Assembly (NCBI RefSeq): GCF_964204645.1
Contig: NC_134027.1
Location: 26,932,560-26,996,559, forward strand
Direction: 5' to 3'
Source: Tubulanus polymorphus
Lineage: Eukaryota > Animalia > Nemertea
DNA: 64,000 bases
The notes under the pieces were generated by a model. It was not told the DNA's origin. It ran no database searches and worked only from the letters and a program-made list of their open reading frames with translations. This document shows positions 12,313 to 24,252 of this stretch, one piece after another (position 1 is the stretch's first letter; each line of letters begins with the position of its first letter). A program made the position numbers and the translations under genes.

Positions 12313-14719
12313 TCAATGCTGATTTGTTGTTAGCTTTTTATTCAGTTCTGCGCAAAGTTTCTCAATCTCTGGATCAGTGGTTGATTTTACAACTATAGGC
12401 CTTGATTCACGAGTTGCATCACTACCAGACTTCAACTGAAAACAATTGAAACAGACTGACTGTATGACTGGCTGACTGGTTGATTGATTGACTGGTTGAT
12501 TGATTGACTGACTGACTGACTGACTGGTTAATTGACTGACTGACTGGTTGATTGACTGACTGGCTGAATGACTGAATGACTTACCTTCTGATCTGGTAAA
12601 GTGTTCAATGCCACTAGACAAAGTTTAACTATAAACAGACAAAAAATATTATCAGTCATGAGATAATATTAGAGATCAGAATAAAATTCATTTGAAATAA
12701 TTAAGTACCTGCGAACGAGTCTGATAATTTAGGAGCTGCTTCAAGTAAACATTTCACTAAACCAGAAGTGAAATCACAAGCATCTTCAGGTATCTAGAAT
12801 ATGAATGTTATCCAATGATTGAAGAGAAAGTTGAACAGGTCAGAGATAGTGATAAATGAATAATATACGAACAGAATGTTTGATAATATTCACTGCTGCT
12901 GCTGCTCCAAACAACTGTTCATCATCTGTTCCTTTTAAACACACCGATATTGTAGACAAGGTCACTTTCTGACACGACATTTTGAGACTGGGTGTTAAAC
13001 TCCATTGAGAACCATCTAACATCCAACTACAACAAATTGGACTGGCGCTACAGTTCAATAACTGAAATCATACAAATTGATCAAGTATCACGCATAACCG
13101 AGATTTCAATTGTTTTTAATCCAAAAGATATCTTTATTCTTACCAATTTAGCGAGTCCGGTTTTGATTTCTGCGGTAGATAAAGCGATTGTACCGATCAT
13201 TTTCATCACAGTTCTATCGGGATCAGTAATAATAAACGCTTGCATCATATCATCGAGAACACTCTGATGAGCCGTACTCAGCAGAAATGATAAACATCGG
13301 CCTCCGTTTTCAACTGTCTCTAATTCTTGCTTACGTATGAGAAGTTTGCCTGAAACAGAAATAATCATTAATGACGAACCTACTGTGGCAATTGAGGATT
13401 TTCAGAAACAAATCAAAACTCACCAATGGTTTTTAAATGATCAATACTCATTATATTGGATCCTGGATGGGTGAGACAATGATAGGAACTTTCAACTAAA
13501 CCAAATTCCTGAATGCTGAGTTTCTCGACTAAAGTGGATTTTACTGATGAAAATTCTGCTTCTAACTGGAATGAGTTATTTTAAAAAAAAAGTTGAATTG
13601 ACTTCTGAATAAAGAAGAATTAAGTTCCACTACATATTCTTAAGAAACAGGATTAGAATTTACTTACATTACTCTGTTTGAAGACTTTAAATCCAGATAC
13701 ATCAGTGAGTCTTCCATCATTGACACTGTGGGTTACAGCAGCTGTGGCAGCTGTTGCTGACTGAGAGTTTGATACTGCACCAGTTTCAGGCTGATTCAAA
13801 TCGGGAAACATCTGATTTCCACCTTCAGGTGTCACACTCATAGCATCAATCATCGGCCTCAACATGGCACCAAATGAACTGAAAGGGAGAGAGAGAGATC
13901 GAGTGCACACTAGACTAGACTGATCTGTTTTCCTTCATTTTTTCATATTATGAACATCCGACACTTTGAGAGAACATATTTTTGTAATAAGTTTTTTTGT
14001 CACTCGATGTTTCACTATGTTCTGTAGATATCTTTTAATAAGGAATAGGAACTTACGTATTGAGTACCTCTTGCGGTAGACTTGTGATATATGAAGGGAT
14101 ATCGTTACCAGTGAGAAACTTAGCAATTTCTGAACTGAATGTGTTACAATTATGATCGAAAAGGTGGTATTTTTCTGGTCTAGAATTAAAGAAAATAAAT
14201 CCTATTTCATTTTAAAACCCTGAATGTGACGAATATAAAAACTGTCAAGGGTTTAGGTTTACCTAAACGTTGAATGAGCCAACTCCGATAAATAATGTAT
14301 GAATATATCTTTAGGAATTTCAGTTGGTCCTAGTTCAACGACATTGTCTGGTTGACCCATGATTGTTCCTCCCTGCAAAAAATAACTAATGGAATATAGG
14401 CTTACATGAGGTTTTAATCTAAATATGCTTCAAATGATTCATTTCATTACTGGACGACAATTTTCAATTCCTCCGCCTCCAAAGAAGTATTCCTGTCCAT
14501 ACACAACTATCCCTGTATGCCAGATACCATCTAACTGTTTACCTGCAATTAAATCAAGACACAAACTACCTGAGTACATCACTCAGAAATCAATTGAATC
14601 TACAATTTCAATATACAGAAATGATAATTGTGTTACTCACCTAATAAGGAAAGTGACATGGCTCTTGCCATCCCACGTGAAATATCATAAATATAAACTT
14701 TCACCACCGACGAACTCAT
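12313..14719 (-). CDS. DESI1: PPPDE peptidase / desumoylating isopeptidase 1-like, with a long C-terminal (possibly PUL-like) extension
   Basis: Spliced N-terminus [48 protein letters not shown]...[12 protein letters not shown] contains the PPPDE catalytic His (WHT) and Cys (NCN). Further exons continue to the stop at 12315-12313. Confidence 0.85.
12453..12580. repeat. (GACT/GATT)n tetranucleotide microsatellite filling the last DESI1 intron
   Basis: Degenerate GACT/GGTT/GATT repeats between the donor at about 12582 and the acceptor at about 12437. Confidence 0.85.
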
Positions 14720-15030
14720 TTTTGCTGATTCGTGTTAATAAGTCACACTGTGACACAGCAGACAAATTCAATTCAATCGATTTACGTACGAGACGACCTG
14801 TCACTCGGTCATCAAAACAAAGATTACGGGTATTTTCAGAGTAAGACAACCCGAAAGAGAGGAGACGCTGATCTATGTTCTAGAAAATCTAAATCAAGGA
14901 GGTTAAAAACTCGTCGTTTTGTTTGAGAGAACTGTCAAACTCGAATTTTCAAATTTTTGCTGGGGGCTGCCATATTGGATCGACACTACAAGACGTATAC
15001 GGCATAATTGTATGAGATCGACACTACAAG

Positions 15031-15476
15031 ACGTATACGGCATAGTTGGTTCACGGAACCGGCGGCCGGGCGGACGGGGTGAAGACCCGCCAGATCGGCG
15101 CGGCAATCAAATACCCATCAAACCATTATTTACGTGTTTAACATTTGCCTTTCTTGCTCGTAGTTTTCGTCAATTCTTGGGCCTAATCCGGGCGTCTCCT
15201 GTTGCCGATCCTCGGTCCCACCGGCCACAGAAGATTTGGTGCCAAAATGCCGGGCGGCGCCGCACCACATAGACTGGGCGTTCTTTGCTGGTTCACTGCA
15301 CTAATGAATGGTCCTTGACAAGATATAAAAACTACGGTAAATCTTGAGGGTTTCGAGGGAACCATGAAATCCATTTGACAGCCGCGGCGCTCGCCTGATC
15401 CAGAGGGTCGTGACGAATGCACGTACAATCCAAGACCGGCCGCGTAAACACGATACTTCAAAGAACTAGCCGTGCG
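15031..15476 (+). ncRNA. Candidate structured non-coding RNA (long imperfect rod with apical multibranch), unclassified
   Basis: About ten collinear helices between the 5' and 3' halves (listed in findings). G-U pairs favour the + strand. No convincing protein. Confidence 0.35.
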
Positions 15477-15727
15477 TTTATTTAAACGTACAAATAAAAA
15501 TACAATTACATGCACTATTGAGTTGAAGAGTGTACAAACAAATATAGTAATATATCATTCAGTTTTATACTATACACAACAATCGCTACAATTATCGAAA
15601 CTGTTCTAGCGTTACAATGAAGCCTGAATACATTTCATTTTCTTCATAACATAGATAAATATTTATACAAACAATCACAAAACTGAAATTGATTCTCATT
15701 TTATTCTATCGTTTCTAAATCTTTGAA

Positions 15728-16990
15728 TTAATTCATTTCTTTGATCGGTGGTAGTTCATCTGTGGATTCTTTCTGCGCTGTACGACTAGCGATACGTCTA
15801 CCAGCCGCGCCGGTCAGGACATCGTCCGCTTTCTTACCCGAACTATTCAACGATTCAGAACTCGAATTAAGACTATCTGATAGGTTACTGATGACTGATC
15901 CTTTACGAGTGAGTCTGTGCTGAGCGGCAGACCGTTTCTGCCCATGAGTAGATTGTTCTTTCGATGAATTATTCAAGAGCCCACGTCGATGCGCGAGAGC
16001 CCGTTTTGCACCGCTGATAGTAGCGAACGAATCACTGTTCCCGTATTCAGATACCGGTCCACCTGATAGAGAGTGCAGGGATTGTGTTTTAGCGAGAACA
16101 TGTTCAGGAATCTGTCTCCACGAATTACTGCATTGAACCTCGTATTGTTTATATAGATGTCTGAAATCATTTCTCCATCCTGTCAGAATAACATCGTTTT
16201 GATTTAGTTCATGATTTAGTGAATTATTTCCATTCAATCTCTCCTCGACGAAACAGTCAATCGGACGCAGATTAAACATGTATTCCGGGTCGTTCCGTAG
16301 ATCGTTAGGGAGCGCACATTTGATCGTCTGCCCCCCTCGTTCGTGACGAATCGATGCTGAACTGATATTTCGTACAGCAGTGCCGTTGCTAGATCTGCGA
16401 CCATTTCGTTTCGCCGATTGCGAACGCAGTCGTCCTTCTACCAGCGACAGAGGCTGCTCTCCCTCTCCACCGTCCTCATCAACACCGGCATTTTTCAGAA
16501 TTTTAACGCAGTCCATTTGCCCGATCCTCAACCCGTGGGATAAAGGCGTTACTCCCTGTTTATTCGCACGATTCAGATCGATGTTATATTTTGTAAATGT
16601 TTTAATCAACTCTTTCAAAATGGAAACATTTCCAGTATCGACGGCGTAGAATATGGCGGTATTTCCGACTCGATCTCCCTGATTCAAATCATAATCCACC
16701 GCTGATAAATAGAGTTTAACTAGCGACAACTTTTCCCAAATACACGCGTAATGCAAGGCGTTTAGTCCTAAACGATCGCGATGTCCAACTCGGGCACCTT
16801 TTTCTAACAGGGTTTGCGCGATACCCTGACTGGACGGGGTGTGATGAACCAGAGTGCACAGCATCAACGGTGTTCGACCGTTTACATCGCGTTCATTTAT
16901 ATCCGAACCGAATTCGATTAAATATCGAACTTGACCGAAAAATCCTCGCGAAATCGCGGCGCACAAACTTAAATCTATCTTTCTCTCCAT
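15728..16990 (-). CDS. Intronless ankyrin-repeat protein (ANKRD34/63-like layout: N-terminal ankyrin repeats, disordered Ser/Arg-rich tail)
   Basis: 420-aa ORF with ankyrin motifs NGRTPLMLC, GLNALHYAC, GNTAIFYAV and GVTPLSHG. Confidence 0.85.
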   Translation of the reverse strand: MERKIDLSLCAAISRGFFGQVRYLIEFGSDINERDVNGRTPLMLCTLVHHTPSSQGIAQTLLEKGARVGHRDRLGLNALHYACIWEKLSLVKLYLSAVDYDLNQGDRVGNTAIFYAVDTGNVSILKELIKTFTKYNIDLNRANKQGVTPLSHGLRIGQMDCVKILKNAGVDEDGGEGEQPLSLVEGRLRSQSAKRNGRRSSNGTAVRNISSASIRHERGGQTIKCALPNDLRNDPEYMFNLRPIDCFVEERLNGNNSLNHELNQNDVILTGWRNDFRHLYKQYEVQCSNSWRQIPEHVLAKTQSLHSLSGGPVSEYGNSDSFATISGAKRALAHRRGLLNNSSKEQSTHGQKRSAAQHRLTRKGSVISNLSDSLNSSSESLNSSGKKADDVLTGAAGRRIASRTAQKESTDELPPIKEMN

Positions 16991-18338
16991 CGCCCGCGAG
17001 TTATAGACTCAGTTCTAGTTCCTAACGAGGAAGTTCAACATATACCGCTACTAATAATAACGCGTTAAGGGTTTGAATACGGAAAGTGCAAATCTTCTTC
17101 GTGTCACCGCGATTTACAGCTCTAACCATAAAACACTAAAACTTATTCATAATCAAACAAATGACGCTCTTTACAGAACCGCGTTTATACAATATACCGA
17201 CATACATTATAACGATACAAACCCCGGTAACATTAATAACACTACAATATCGAAACTCATAAAAGATTCAGTAGTGTAATGAGCTAATCCGAACCGCCAG
17301 CTCGATACCGAATCGGAACCAATTCCCACAGCGGTTTCTGTTGATCATAACATAACAGAAATAAAACCTCGTATTTTGTTTTACGTGCTCGTGTTGAATT
17401 AGTTCTCTCTTAGATTTCTCGTATGAAAACTGGCGCCATTGTCTCGCGTATGTTATATATATTTTATTTGCATAAATGATCACGTTCTGTTTAATGCTTC
17501 GTCGAGAAAGTTCTTTCATATATGAACGGCAAAAATGAAATTGAATGCTTTATGTTAAAACGGTGCAAACTGGTGCCGGCTGTGAATAGAATGAAAACAA
17601 AGTCGATGATATCTGAAAACCACCTGTCTTACTCCAACAGTTCGGGTTATTGAAAAACTGTCGTGAACTAATGATGACTCGTTCCAAAAATAAATAGACT
17701 TTAGGTTTTGTTCTATTTTTTTCTGAAGTTTATTGAAATTTACACACACACAAAAAAAACGAGTAATTCAGGAAGGAAATGTTTGACAATTAGAGATTTT
17801 TGGTTGATTTTTTTTTGACGAGGTGACTGGTGTATAAAAATTGAACGCAATCTGACACGCAGTGTGCACCCATATAAGATCGTTCTCTGGGCGACATCCG
17901 TTTCCACATTTTAGCGTACGTGCATGCCGTTATGTATGGCTTGTATTTCCCTGCTCGATATTTCTGCATGAATCCTATAAATATTGATATGACATAATTT
18001 ATGTAATCCCGTAAGCTTTAAGAACAGACTTATTGTCATAAATTTCAGAATTTATTAGTCCATTGATAAATGCTCTATAGCGGAAAATCTTCGATGATAA
18101 TGCAATGTATTTTTTGTAATAGGATTAAAACGGTTTTTTGTTGAAGGACCTGATATGAAGTAAATGAATCGGCATCTAAAAAAGGGGATATAGTGCTTAT
18201 TGAGTCTCTCTGCTGAAACTAGTTGGGTTGGCATGAAATACGTCCACACGGTGTTGATAAACTGACTATAGATATTGTTTAGAGCCCCTCATTACCAGAC
18301 TGGACACAACTTCCGACTGGTCAACCACCCCTGACTGG

Positions 18339-19197
18339 TCACCACACCTGACTGGTCACCACATTGACCACTGGAATCACTGCGGTTAAGAATTCTAGTA
18401 ATTGAGTCCCCTCTGTGCGAACCCCAGAAGAGGTGCGCAGTTTTTTTGGTAAATTCTTATCCGGAATAAAGAATATCCTGGCTGAAATTATTTTCTGTTG
18501 ATGTAATTTCAATCTTACCAGTGATAACGTATTGTTCACCAAGTTTAAGTCGTCGTCCACAAGAAACTTTCGTTTCTTTAGTGTAAAGTTTACTGATGTT
18601 CACCCGATAGATTATATAATATACACGAATCTGAAACAACAACTTAAATCACTTGAATATCATCCAGATTATTGATATTGAGATATGGAGTCAGATTACT
18701 GTGGAGGAGCCTTGATCGAGCGGACCCCTAAACACTGGTTTTCACGCGTGGTTTCTGCAGCAGGAAAAGACTATTGAAGTATTTCTCAGCGGGTATAAAT
18801 TGCTTGATGCGGAACCCGAGAAAATGAAAACCGAAGATATTTTCACGTACAGGAAAAATCTATCCGGAAACCACTCGTGAAAACCAGCTCGGTGTAAATT
18901 TTACCCGAAATGTTGTATGAACGTCGATCGTATAAACTCTCTCATTAGAATTCACCGCTGCTACACTTGTCGGACTTCCTCTCAAAACTTAAAAAACAAC
19001 AATAATACGTTGATTACTCTACTTTTCCAATCAGTTATTAGTTTAAATGCTTCGATGATTAGTTGTTATGATTTTTTTCTGTACTGACCGAAGTCAGCCT
19101 GACAGTACTGACGCTGTAATGGAACTTTTCGACATTTACACGCGTTTGAACTCGTCACCATCAGAGCACAGATTATTATCAATTGTTTCGAAATCAT
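18339..19197 (-). CDS. TIMP-like / NTR-domain secreted protein; 3' end uncertain, possibly a pseudogene
   Basis: Exon 19197-19089 MISKQLIIICALMVTSSNA|CKCRKVPLQRQYCQADFV (signal peptide plus C-x-C), exon 18987-18905, and exon 18630-18519 (LYTKETKVSCGRRLKLGEQYVITG). Splice phases are consistent. Confidence 0.65.
18735..18887. mobile_element. MITE with ~23-bp terminal inverted repeats in a TIMP-like intron
   Basis: CTGGTTTTCACGCGTGGTTTCTG ... CGGAAACCACTCGTGAAAACCAG. Confidence 0.7.
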
Positions 19198-20929
19198 CTC
19201 ATCAAACTTTCTGTAATAACATAATTTACAATAATTCGTTGTAATTCATTACATTTAGCCCCAAACATTCGATATGAATTACGTAAAATTCGTGGATTAT
19301 TGAAACTGTAAAACTGAGTAAATCTCTAAATAAAGGAAGTTAAATCCCACGGGACGATTAAAAGATTTACTTGAAGTTTTTGATTGAACGCACGAGGTTT
19401 CCATCGTTTGGTGGAATATGAGATTTCAAAAATGCTTTTGTCGACATTTTTGGGGCAGCTCAGAGATTTTAACCACTTGGTACACCTCGAATCCGCCCTT
19501 GTAATATTTGAAAAACTATTTTCAAAAAAATTATGATCACGAATCAAGAGACAGTATCATCGGCATAAATTCGAAAAAGCTTTCGTCAACATTTTTGGCA
19601 CATCTCAGAAATTCTAGTCGGGACCGTTCCCATTGGTCTTCCTTGAATTCTTTTTCAATATTCGAAAACTATTCGTGTGAGTCCTTTATAAGGTTACAGG
19701 ATGATACTGAATCAAACCATGGATATAGTAGTATAGGTATGCATACCAGTATGACATAAACGTTGTTCCTTTTCTTCATCAAAACCTGTTGTTGTTACTT
19801 GTGCTTTTATCCGTCGTCACTAATTACATTCTCAATGACAGTCAGTTTGAAAAATATGTAACATGTGTTTTAGCAATCGATATATGACAAGTTTTTCTAT
19901 TTCCTAAGAATTTTCGCGCTGTTTTCGTGTTCCAGAATTTCCTCTCAGTCCTTTATTAGGCCTTAGTATAGTTTGAATTTACTTTAATTTTGAAATCGTT
20001 TTCTTCAACTTTGAAATTAAAACTATGATCAGGAACGGTGATGATGGAACGGAAATTAACAGAATTAACAATTTCATGGGGCTAGGTCCCCGGCAGTACT
20101 GTGTTCCAGGACTATTTATCATTTCAACAGCCGAAACTTTATCGGTTTAGTCGAATCATGAACTATAAGTTAAGAGTTTATGGTCTGATAAACTTTCAGA
20201 ATTTCTTTTCGATAAACGAAACAGCGAGTAATGTGTAGGTTAACTGATTTTATTAGATATTACCAAAAATACATGAAGAGCTTAGTTCAGAAACTTCTGG
20301 TTCAATTGATACCAATATTACGCGTGAAGCTATTCGGACAATGAAACGCTAACCTATTGAAATACCCCAGTTTTTCAGCAAATAAGTTGTACATTTTCCT
20401 CTTTATTACGAGCTTCATTAAGTCGTTCATTACTTGACTAATCAAGCGGTCACCGTGTTTGTACCCAGTAAAAGTTAACATCCATGTTTGGAGTGATTTT
20501 CATTCATTGTTTCTATTGATCAATATTATTCAAAATACAAAATAAACATCGGTATGTGATTGATGAATATTCACCGCCGATTAAGATACAGGTTCCGATT
20601 GACAGAGTAGAAATGTACTTTGCTAGTAACACGTGTAACACGGATTGGAAATAATCGTAAATAAATGATTGTAATTTAAAGAACACGTATTGAGTGAAAT
20701 ATTAATAGTAATACAACAAGCTGCTGCTCTTCACGGTTCAGTTGATCTTGTTTTGTATTAGCACGTGGTGCGCGTAGGATTACCCAGATAATTCCACATG
20801 TTTCTACTACACCAAATGGTGAAGGAAAAGGCAACGCGTGTTGGCAATAATTCAGGTTATTTCATCTATACTGACCCCTACCAGTTTGTATGACATTTAA
20901 TATGATATATTTCAGTCATAAAGAAAGTT

Positions 20930-21115
20930 CCACACTTAGAATGAAAGAGTGATGTCGGAAATGTTTCTTGGGTCTATTAGTTTGTTTCAACGTTTCTGAT
21001 AGTCATCTTCAGGAATCAGTCAATCATTCTAAGATGACTATCAGGACAAAATCGAAAAAATACTTATAGCTCCAGGAAAGGTTTTGGCATTTTATCAACT
21101 TTTAGGTGTGGATTT
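20930..21115. repeat. Degenerate palindromic element resembling Penelope-like terminal repeats
   Basis: Central inverted repeat CTGATAGTCATCTT...AAGATGACTATCAG with a CTGAAGATG..GAAAC motif; outer arms are loosely complementary. Confidence 0.5.
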
Positions 21116-21949
21116 TCTTTATCACCACAGACTCAGGGTGTTTCATCAATGGTTTTCAGTTGATATTCATGCATTCACATTCACAATATAGCAATAAAAA
21201 CAAAACGTAACAAATCAATCGTGATTCTCCAAAATTCTAAATCTAAAACGCTAGAAGCTACGCGCTGGATGCTATAATTAGGGAGACCATCATCCCACCG
21301 GGATGCGGGTCCAAAGAACGGGTCGAAAGGCTTCTCTTGGCACCTCAAGTCTGAACAATCGGGTTTAATTTCGTCCCTGTGGACAGACCCGTGCACAATG
21401 AAAATTAGTAGTTCTTGAATTTAGGAATGAATAACCCTTAGAACGAAATTGAAATACGCAAACAGGCTCACACTCTTGAAAACACAAAACACGTTTTGTC
21501 GAAGACTGGTTAATGCCAAGTGGAAGGCGAACTAATTAATTTCGAGACATTTATTTTTGCTATTTTATTTCCTTCGTTCACATGTCATTCCCAACACACA
21601 CGAAAATGTTATAGATTTCTACTGATTTCATCGCGCAATTTTCTACATTGATCCAATCGTCCGCTTGAGAAATACGTAATTTTTACTAACATCGAATATT
21701 CAATAATTCATCAACCAAATAATCAGTTCCTAAAAACTTGTGTATGAAACTTTTTAACTTTTGGATATAAATGAAAAATAATTTCTTTGAAATGATTGTA
21801 TCAGGAGCGATATTCCAGTTGAGTACAGTAAGTAATATATAGACTGGTAGAAATATATGTCGAGGTCAAATACGCGAAATTAACTGCCAGACTTTGCGAT
21901 TTGTTGTTCTTTGTGCTTTCTTAAATCTTTTCACTTCATGCAAATAATT

Positions 21950-22370
21950 GATGACGTTTAATTACGCAACGTTGTCCAATGGTTGTAGGCGTGTTACGAA
22001 CCGAACAGCCGCAGGTCAAATAATACGGCTGACCATACACTGTTAGGTTGCGTACATTTGCATAACACATGGTAACCAATGTGCTAACGAGATGGCCCTA
22101 TACATCGCGACCATAGGCTTCTGCGTCCAAATTACTTTTTAAGACGTAATCTGAAGGGAAAGGTGCTAAAATCTCATCGATATTTGGAGGTAAGTGCGAT
22201 CATCTAATTTCGCTGGGTTTTTTTCGAATAATCTTTCGCAAATCTGTTTAGTTTTATGAATAATCTCAGCGGGTCAGTTTTCTGTCGCGGTCCTTTGTCT
22301 TATTGTTTATAGTGTTATCAAATATGATCGAATCGTGTAGGACACGTAATATGTAATAACCGTACATAAT
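21950..22370 (+). promoter_or_regulatory. Putative promoter and first non-coding exon of the PAR-bZIP gene, with clustered D-box-like sites
   Basis: ATTACGCAAC 21961, TTTGCATAAC 22057, AAGACGTAAT 22141, ACACGTAAT/AATATGTAAT/GTACATAAT 22342-22370. Donor GAG|GTAAGT at about 22190; acceptor before 23412. Confidence 0.45.
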
Positions 22371-23436
22371 ATTAGCAGTAGATTCAGTCACCGATAATCA
22401 TCGATGTCCTCAACATTCACCTCCTCAACATTTACCCTCGAATCCTGATCTTGCACACTTGGCTTCGCGTTCTTTTTATCCCTTATGTTTGTAGATTTAT
22501 CGAATACAATTTTGGTATATCTTACATTCTTTATATTTCTTTGATCAATTATTATCAGATAATTTATACATGTTCGAGTCTCATTTTTTTCCATTTTCAT
22601 GTGTGCTTTTATTTCAACGCACATTTCTGTACAACCCGCTCGTGAAATCAAGCCTACAATTTTCTGTTCTGCATTTCCGTCTCTTGTAGAATTACCAAAT
22701 ACAATTTTAGCATTTTTTCAATATTTTATTAGATTAATACTATCCTTATTTCATACACATTTCATTCTCTTTTTTGTCTTTGAATCATTACGTTTTTTTA
22801 ATCCTCACATATTTGTATAGAAACGGCCAGAAATCCGCCAGTTTTCTGTTCATTTTCTATTCTCCCTTCTTTCCACGTATTTCGTAAATGAAATAGTTAC
22901 ATTTTCAAAATGGCAGTCGTGTATGCATTGATGCTACCAAAACTATAACACAAAACGCCGTGAATCTCGAGTAATATATAATTTAAACATCGTCTTTTGT
23001 TGTGTTTTCTTGATTTTTAATCTAACAAACCAAATATAAACGACCATAGGACATCAAAGTGCATCGAGTAAATCCGTAAAATATCTGATTAAAATCTATG
23101 ATTAAGAACAGGTCGGGACATTGTAAATAGTCGAATAATACCCCCATGAACCAGGGCTATATAAAATCCAAATCGAATCTTGATGTAACAAGCCTCGTGA
23201 CGATCAACTTTCAATCTGATAATTCGGTGTATTGGATTGGATTAAGTTAAATTGTTCATGAATAATCCACTAATAATTGACTGTTACATAGCTGAACAAG
23301 GCCCTCTCAAATTAGCATACTATTAAATGAATTGATCGCGGTTGAAAGTGTAAAGGTTTTGTAAAATTGTATCTTCTGATTCAGATGTTATTTTCGTTCT
23401 TTTTTTATCAGGGTTTTATCTTCGAGCGCTTTCAAG

Positions 23437-24252
23437 ATGATGGACCCGGAGAGACCTTTCAAGAACTTTTCACCATCCTCCGCCATGCCGCCGAACTCGA
23501 TGAATCACATACCGCCCAGTTACACAACAATGACAAACACAGGATACACGCCTTACGTCGGAGCAGGGAACTCGTGCATGCCACCTATTAGTTCTTCTAT
23601 GACATTACCACTAGCGCCCCCAGGTGGTGTAAATCATGGTTACGGTAGTTACGCCGACACGGGACATTGCACTCAGAACATGTACAGCGGTCACCATCAA
23701 CATGGATACAATCTACCCATGCTTCACGCGCCACCGATGGCGCCGCCAGAAATCAACTTGAAAAAGGAACACGATGACAATCACATCTGCGTTGATGCAA
23801 TCTCGCCCGTCGCTATCCCTATAGTTACATCGTCTAGCGCCTCTTCAAATATGAATGGACCCCCGGCTCTCATACCCCCTCCTACACACGGACCGAGCGG
23901 CGATACTCTTAACAGTCCACCAGGGGGCAGTTTAAACAAAAGCGACGATTCGACGACGGACTCAAATTCGAGCGAATCGTCGATGAAAGATTCAGGCTCG
24001 AATAATCACAATATTCCGCCGAAAAAACGCGCGCGTTCAGTGTCCGACGAGAAGAAAGATCCGAATTATTGGGAAAAACGAAAAAAGAACAACGAATCGG
24101 CGAAACGATCGAGGGATTCGCGTCGCATGAAAGAGGAACAGATTGCGATGCGTGTCGTGTATTTAGAACAGGAGAATTTGCAACTGAGAACGGAAGTGTC
24201 TTTATTGCGTAGCGAAATTGAAAAATTAAGATGCATGTTATACAACTCATAA
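23437..24252 (+). CDS. PAR-family bZIP transcription factor, CES-2/giant-like, single coding exon
   Basis: C-terminal [59 protein letters not shown] (PAR basic region plus leucine zipper); Pro/Ser-rich N-terminus. Confidence 0.92.
   Translation: MMDPERPFKNFSPSSAMPPNSMNHIPPSYTTMTNTGYTPYVGAGNSCMPPISSSMTLPLAPPGGVNHGYGSYADTGHCTQNMYSGHHQHGYNLPMLHAPPMAPPEINLKKEHDDNHICVDAISPVAIPIVTSSSASSNMNGPPALIPPPTHGPSGDTLNSPPGGSLNKSDDSTTDSNSSESSMKDSGSNNHNIPPKKRARSVSDEKKDPNYWEKRKKNNESAKRSRDSRRMKEEQIAMRVVYLEQENLQLRTEVSLLRSEIEKLRCMLYNS

Noticed and set aside
12453-12621. Ser/Gln-rich segment of ORF 12313-12621
   Set aside because: It reads through an intronic tetranucleotide microsatellite bounded by GT-AG.
14903-15515. 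ORFs 14919-15272 (+), 14903-15106 (-) and 15183-15515 (-)
   Set aside because: No recognisable domain or splice context; expected by-products of a GC-rich island.
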